Source of the DNA: Lama guanicoe | Lineage: Eukaryota | Assembly: GCA_013239625.1 (NCBI GenBank) | Contig: MU054308.1 | Location: 77,174 to 106,271 of the forward strand | Direction: 5' to 3' | DNA: 29,098 bases | Shown here: positions 23,406 to 29,098 of the stretch, piece by piece | How positions within the stretch are numbered: the first letter of the stretch is position 1 | Layout: every line of letters begins with the position of its first letter | Translations under genes and position numbers: made by a program | Notes under the pieces: generated by a model | The model's input: only the letters and a program-made list of their open reading frames with translations | The model's database searches: none | Told to the model about the DNA's origin: nothing

Positions 23406-26060
23406 GATCTCTCCTTTGTCTTGCTCCTCATTCTTGTGGGGTGTTAGGGTTGGGGTAGGGCACATGTTCATCTCCTGTGACTGCTTTCTGGTGATTTGGG
23501 GCATCATCATGACCCCATGCCGTGGAGGGGAACTCCCCCCAGCTGCCTATGATATGGTTGGTCATCACCAGACTTCAGCCTAATTGTTCATGTTAACTGA
23601 GCAGCCCGTGTTTGTCTAAGCTTCAGGAGGCAAAGGACACCGGGCTCTTTCAGATACACGGGGAAGTGAAAGCGTCTAGGCCTTCTGCCCGTAGGCGAGT
23701 GTGCCCTGACGTTGTGGCTCACTGCCGGGGTCTGACCCTCCCTGGTCGCACTTTTGTTGTTTTTTAGAAGAGAAGCTTCCTGTGAGAGAGAGGGTCACAC
23801 GCGTAGTCACGGGGTCTGTTGCCCCAGGTTGTTTCTCAGGAGGTTGGTGCTCAGGGGCCATCCTTACTCCAGTGATGTCCTCATGCAGTGACCCCTTGCA
23901 GCTTCGGGCAGAATGGGTCGCTAGGATGCCCTAGTGGAGTTTGTTCCACTTAAGAGTGAGCTGATTTTGCAGGCTTGTTTCCAGGTGTTTAGGTGCCCCC
24001 AGCCTTCCAGCTGGAGGGGGTGCAGGGCCAGGTTATTTGCGCAGCACTTGCTCATCATATCCTGTGAGGGCTTTTCTGGTTTCTCCTGCCTGGAGAGCAA
24101 ACTTGAGTTGTGTCATTTCAAAGGGCTTAAGGTGTCTCTTCTTTCCAGGCTTGGGGAATGGGTCTACTATATATGATTTCAAATGCCTTTAATTTTAACT
24201 TATTCCTTGAGGCTAACCACACGCACAGTCAGGCAATTGGAAGACAAAATCCAATTTCCTTGGTTTTGCTGACGTAGCTTGGCTAAGGCTAGTTTCAAGG
24301 CCTGATTGGATCTCTCTATTTTCCAGGGTGAATGGCATCTCTAGGCTGAGAGCAAGGTCTAGTTTATGCCCAGGGCACTGGTTATCCCTTCATCACTTGA
24401 GGCACACATGCTGGACCATTATCACTTTGTATGGATCCCAGGAGCCCAAGCCTGAGGATTATTTCTTATAGTAACACCTGAGCGACTTCAGCTGTCATTT
24501 CGGTTATTTTATTTTATTTTTTTTGGAGGGCGATGCTTCTATCCATCCAGAAAATGAAGTCTATTAGCACCAAGACACCAAGAGATACCTGACATTGCTC
24601 AATACTAGAATGGCAGTAAAGTCAATCTGACAATCTTCTCCACGATGTGTCCCCCTGGCCTGAATGGGCCTTATCTGTGGAGGACTCTTGGGGGTCTGGT
24701 GCTGGGGTTGTGTATTGTGCAGGTAGGGCATGTCTCAATTATCTGACTGATTATGTTTTTCATGCCAAGGTTTACCATGATCTCAGCTAACCAGTTATAT
24801 TGGACTTGGGATCAGAATGTCATCTACATACCGGAGAGGGGTTCCCTAATCTACATGTAGATATTTTAGGTCTTTAGCTAAAGTTTGCCCTAAAATTGTG
24901 GGGAAATTTTTGCACCCTTGGGGTAGAACTGTCCAGCAGTGTTATTTTTGTGCATGTTCAGGTTCTGACACTCTAAAACAAACATTTCTTGTGACTCTGA
25001 GGCTAACAGAATACAGAAGGAGGCATCTTTTAAATCTAATACAGAATACAGGTCCATGTGGACTGTAGAGAGGCCAGCAGGGTATAGGGATTAGGGACTA
25101 CTGGATGTATATACTCAGTGGATTCAGTGACTGTCCTGAGGTCTTGTCCCAGTCAGTATTCCCCATTGGGTTTCTTTATGGGGACAGTGGTGGTATTATA
25201 CACTGATTGTCATTATCTATTAAGGTCCTGGCCAATTAGGTCTTGCATCACAGGGACAATGCCCCACAAAGTCTTCCGAATGGAGAGGGTACTGTTTTCT
25301 ATTGGGCCATGTATGTCCAGTTTTAGGCATGCTATCACCGGACTGGCTCCCACAGCTCAGTCCACCCATCTCTGGGCCCAAACCTTGAGGTTTACTCCAA
25401 GGAAGTTTTTCCTCAATCATTAACATTATCATCTTGTGCCCTTCATCAAAGGGTATGCCAGTCTCCAGTTTGTTTCTTATTAGGAGGATAGTAGCCCCCA
25501 ATTTATATAAGACATCTCTTCCTAGCAGGGGTATAGGGCATTCTGGGGCATGCAAGAAGGAGTGGGTGGGTAGGCAAGTGTTCATCCAACTTATGTTCTA
25601 ATGGCTCTATGAATGCCTGTTCTTGGGCCTTCCCTAATACCCCTATGATTTTACAACTCTTGTGACTGACTTTGCCAGATCTGGTGCTCAGAACTGGCTA
25701 AGTGGCACTCATGTTGACTAAATTTGACAGGCTTTTCCCTATGTCCAATGTTAGGCAGTGCTCCTGAGGGGACAACTGGAGTGCCAGCTCAGGACTCCCC
25801 TGGCTCTCTCATTCTTTTATCTGTTTGGACTTTCTGCCTTCAAGGATAGTGGATGGGATCTGCTCTTTCTGTCCCCTTTTGGGAGCGGTAAGGGCATCAT
25901 CTCAGTGTTCTTGTTTATGCATGGCACACTGATTGGGTACTGGTTTTCTTGCCTTACTAGCCCTCAGTGGGGTCTGGAGTTGAGAGTCTCCATGGACGGT
26001 TAGTCCAGATTCCTGTGCAGATCTGTTGACATTGGAGGGCAACAGCCAGTGTGGGCTTGA
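23406..26060 (-). mobile_element. Decayed ERV1 internal region: end of gag (NC), protease, truncated RT, integrase; RNase H and env deleted
   Basis: Manual minus-strand translation, with many stops and frameshifts. Gag: NQCAMHKQEH* degenerate zinc knuckle (25902-25934), gag stop TGA (25809-25811). Protease: LVNMSAT for LVDTGAT (~25701-25721), PECPIPLLGRD (~25514). RT: PIKKPNGEY, QDLR, HPVVPNPYTLL, LDLKDA (25022-25039), LPQG (24915-24926), YVDD (24819-24830). Integrase: CPTC (24719-24730), GEDCQIDFT (~24615), IQSDNGP (~24415), GKIERSNQALK, and C-terminal remnants to about 23760. Confidence 0.92.
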
Positions 26061-26599
26061 AGAAGGACTACAGACCAATTGCTAGAGACTCTGAAACTTA
26101 ATATAGTAAAGTTAATATATCTTGCATTGAAGTTTCCATTGGGGATCCTTCCTAAGTGAGATTATAGTAGTGCATAGTTACATGCTATAATCCATCTTTT
26201 TTTTTTGCATGAATCAGACCAATTAATTAAATAACATTATTATGGGAAATTTGAATCCTTCATATATTTTATGTTTGCTTTTATCTTTGAAATAACTTTT
26301 AAAATATGATTTGCTTCTGATTTTCTATTTTATCTGTGATATAGGGACACTTATTGGAAAGTAATCAACATGAAATTTTGTCCAGGTGTTAAGTATCCAA
26401 ATATTCCAGTGATATATTTGAAGAATAGGGAAATAATTACAGGATATATTCAATGACACATCAAACCTTCTCTGAGGCAGGCTTGCACCAAAACTTAATT
26501 TATAATGTGGCCTTTATAAGCTTTTACTTTAATTGGAAGATTGTAATAGTATTTTAGGTCTTCTTGTAACAGTGATGGATCAGATATTATATCCAATAT

Positions 26600-27050
26600 T
26601 TCTCAAGAAATTTTGAGTATTCCCCTTTTCCCAACACATAGTTCCTCAGGCAGATTGATTCCTTGTCAGTCTCTCCTCTCTCCCAGGAAAATCATCTACC
26701 TCCAGGAATTTGCTATAACACATAAGCTTGTCCAGACTCCAAGGATACGCCTGCCAAAGGCTATTGCCGAAGTGCTGAACCCCAAGTTCTCACTCAAAAC
26801 TCAGAGTGTCCTTATCAGAATTAAGCTCTTCCTAGCACTCAGATCTAACACTTTCAAGGTTCATTCCTCCAAAATATTCTCCCAGCTCACACAAGTTCAT
26901 ATTTGTGAAGTCCTGCAAATACTTTTGGGATGCAGGTTATTTCCTTTCACATTCAGAGCTTCCTTTGCATTATGCTGATCTTTGAGTCATTTATTGGTCT
27001 GGAGATAATGAAGGTTGTGCCACCTAATTTTGAAAAGCAAACATCAATCT
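26600..27050 (-). mobile_element. Ancient ERVL/MaLR internal (gag-like) fragment
   Basis: Minus-strand 'ttgcaggacttcacaaatatg...gagctgggagaatat...ttgaaagtgttagat' resembles the ERVL/MLT-int gag motif LQDLANMY..EPGEY..W.L.VLD. Boundaries are uncertain. Confidence 0.5.
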
Positions 27051-27579
27051 TTTGAGGATCTTGTCTTAGGTGAATTTATTGTGTATTCTCCAGTCAAATG
27101 GACATTATTATTTTGGAACATGGGTAAGGGAATGACTCTCTCAGCCCAAAGGCTCATAGAAGTGGAAGGTCCAAGATCTCAGGTTTTTACACCCTGAGGT
27201 ACCTCAGTCAATGGGACTCCAGCAGCATGTAGGACATTTGTCCACACTGGGCACCACTGTGTTCTGCACTTGGCTGCTGAAGTGGATGTCCATGGAGTTG
27301 CTCACAGGCCACTGTTTCCAGATTAGAAACAAGTGGCCTTTTCTCTTGCTACATGCTATTTGTTTCCCAATAATAAAATTTCTGAATCTTTCTGTATGAA
27401 TTGTATAAATTAAATTATATAACATAACAATGATTATTTGAAATCTTAATCATGCTAATTAGGAATTAAAAGTCACTGTTATGTATTGATTGTAATAGAA
27501 TCAATTTGTGGGAAGGAAATTTTTATGATAGCTTCTATATGGTCTTCTATTCTGTAGAAATGATCACTAGATTAAGCAT

Positions 27580-28320
27580 TTGTTTATTTTTAACAGCTTT
27601 ATTGGTATATAATTTAAATACTATGTAATTCACTCATTTAAATTATAATATTTAATGGTGTTTTAGTATACATCAACATTATTTAATTTTGCAACATTAT
27701 TGTCATCACCAAAAGAAAGTCCCTACCCATTAGCAGTCACTCATTATTCCTTTACACCACCATCACCAGCAACCCTAAACAAACAATCTATATAGATTTT
27801 CTTTTCTGGACATTTCGTGTAAATGGAATCACCTACTTTTTCCACTTGGCATAATGTTCCTAAAGTTTCATCCCTGTTGTGTTAAGAATCAGTACTTCTT
27901 TCCTTTTTATCGCAAGTAAGATTTCATTGTATGGATATGGCATTTATCTGTTCATTAGTTGATTGATGTATGGATTGTTTCTCCATTTTGGCTATTATGA
28001 ACAATGTTGCTATGAACATTGATGTGCAGATATTTTTGTGAATATATACTTTCCTTTCTCTTGGGTAAATATTTGAAAGTGGACTTGCAGGGTCATTGGT
28101 CATTATATTTTTATCCATTTGAGGAGCTGCCAAAACTTTTTCCAAAGTGACTGCATCATTTTACATTACCCCCAGCAATATATAAGAACTCCACTTTCTT
28201 TACAAATTCACCAACATTTATGATTGTATTTTTTTTATTCTAGACATCCTGGTAGGTACAAAGTAGTATCACATTATGGCTTATATTTACATTTCCTAAT
28301 GAGTAAAGGTTTTGACATCT
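27580..28320 (-). mobile_element. Old L1 (L1MB-like) 3' end
   Basis: 'ttttaacagctttattg...aattcactcattta...cccattagcagtcactc...tttctggacatttc..gtaaatggaatc'. ORF 27924-28145 contains the ORF2 C-terminal remnant CTSMFIATLFIIAK. Confidence 0.85.
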
Positions 28321-28924
28321 TTTTTAACATTTTTATTGATTTATAATCATTTTACAATGTAGTGTCAAATTCCAGTGTTCAGCACAATTTTTCAGTCATT
28401 CATGGACATATACACACTCATTGTCCCATTTTTTTCTCTGTGAGTTATCATAACATTTTGTGTATATTTCCCTGTGCTATACAGTGTAATCTTGTTTATC
28501 TATTCTACAATTTTGAAATCCCAGTCTATCCCTTCCCACCCTCCACCCCTCTGGTAACCACAAGTCTGTATTCTCTGTTTNNNNNNNNNNNNNNNNNNNN
28601 NNNNNNNNNNNNNNNNNNNNNNNNNNNNNNNNNNNNNNNNNNNNNNNNNNNNNNNNNNNNNNNNNNNNNNNNNNAAGTCTATTCCTAGTCTTTTGAGGAA
28701 TCACCACACTGTTTTCCATAGTGGCTGCACCAAACTGCATTCCCACCAGCAGTGTAGTAGGGTTCCCCTTTCTCCACAGCCTCTCCAGCATTTGTCATTT
28801 GTGGATTTTTGAATGACGGCCATTCTGTCTGATGTGAGGTGATACCTCACTGTAGTTTTGATTTGCATTTCTCTGATAATTAGTGATATTGAGCATTTTC
28901 TCATGTGCTTTTTGATTGTTTGTT
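28321..28924 (-). mobile_element. Young lineage-specific L1: 3' UTR and ORF2 C-terminus, inserted in the older L1 and spanning the N gap
   Basis: Its 3' UTR is related to the 21530 element. The ORF2 Cys-rich tail reads [27 protein letters not shown]...[30 protein letters not shown]. Confidence 0.9.
28581..28674. other. Assembly gap (94 N)
   Basis: Run of n seen directly. Confidence 1.
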
Positions 28925-29098
28925 TGGAAGAATCAATATTTTTTAAATGGTCACACTTCCCAAGGCAATCTACAGATTTAATGCAATCCCTATCCAATTA
29001 CCCAGGACATATTTCACAGAACTAGAACAAATCATAATAAAATTTATATGGAACCATCAAAGACCTAGAATTGCTAAAGCATTACTGAAGAGAAAGAA
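28925..29098 (+). mobile_element. L1 ORF2 segment in the opposite orientation (probable inverted 5' part of the same L1)
   Basis: Plus strand from 28926 reads [56 protein letters not shown], the post-RT region of L1 ORF2. Confidence 0.9.

Noticed and set aside
23406..26060. Reverse transcriptase as part of a novel system or domesticated gene
   Set aside because: Standard gag-pro-pol order with multiple stops, frameshifts and a dead protease motif; no intact ORF.
26560..27425. Possible processed pseudogene (ORFs 26613-26978, 27204-27425)
   Set aside because: No recognisable cellular protein, poly(A) or TSD. The best resemblance is ERVL/MaLR internal sequence.
28362..28791. ORFs spanning the N run
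   Set aside because: Artefacts of translating the gap inside an L1.

Overview
Eukaryotic, AT-rich, CpG-depleted mammalian genomic DNA (probably cetartiodactyl; the young L1 3' ends and absence of Alu/B1/Bov/PRE SINEs suggest a camelid, which is an inference). It is part of a family-4 olfactory receptor (OR) cluster. Three intronless OR coding exons lie on the minus strand: an OR4S2-like gene (16115-17056, open frame but many conserved residues changed), an OR4-family gene frameshifted just after TM7 (11295-12223), and the 5' part of an OR4C6-like gene that runs off the left edge (1-368). The rest is transposable-element debris: MIRs, L2, old and young L1, hAT and Tigger MITEs, three ERV1-type solo LTRs, a MaLR LTR plus an internal fragment, and a decayed gammaretrovirus-like provirus (22852-~26060). 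That provirus has lost its 5' LTR, most of gag, RNase H and env, but its 3' LTR is the only CpG-island-like segment in the window. There is a 94-N assembly gap. I found no CRISPR, RNA gene, prokaryotic system or clearly new protein family. The most interesting signals are regulatory and evolutionary: the CpG-rich LTR aimed at OR4S2, parallel DRY->DHY decay, ERV deletion junctions, L1 micro-insertions and an L1 5' inversion. Repeat subfamily names and orthology come from recalled consensus sequences, not from a database search.
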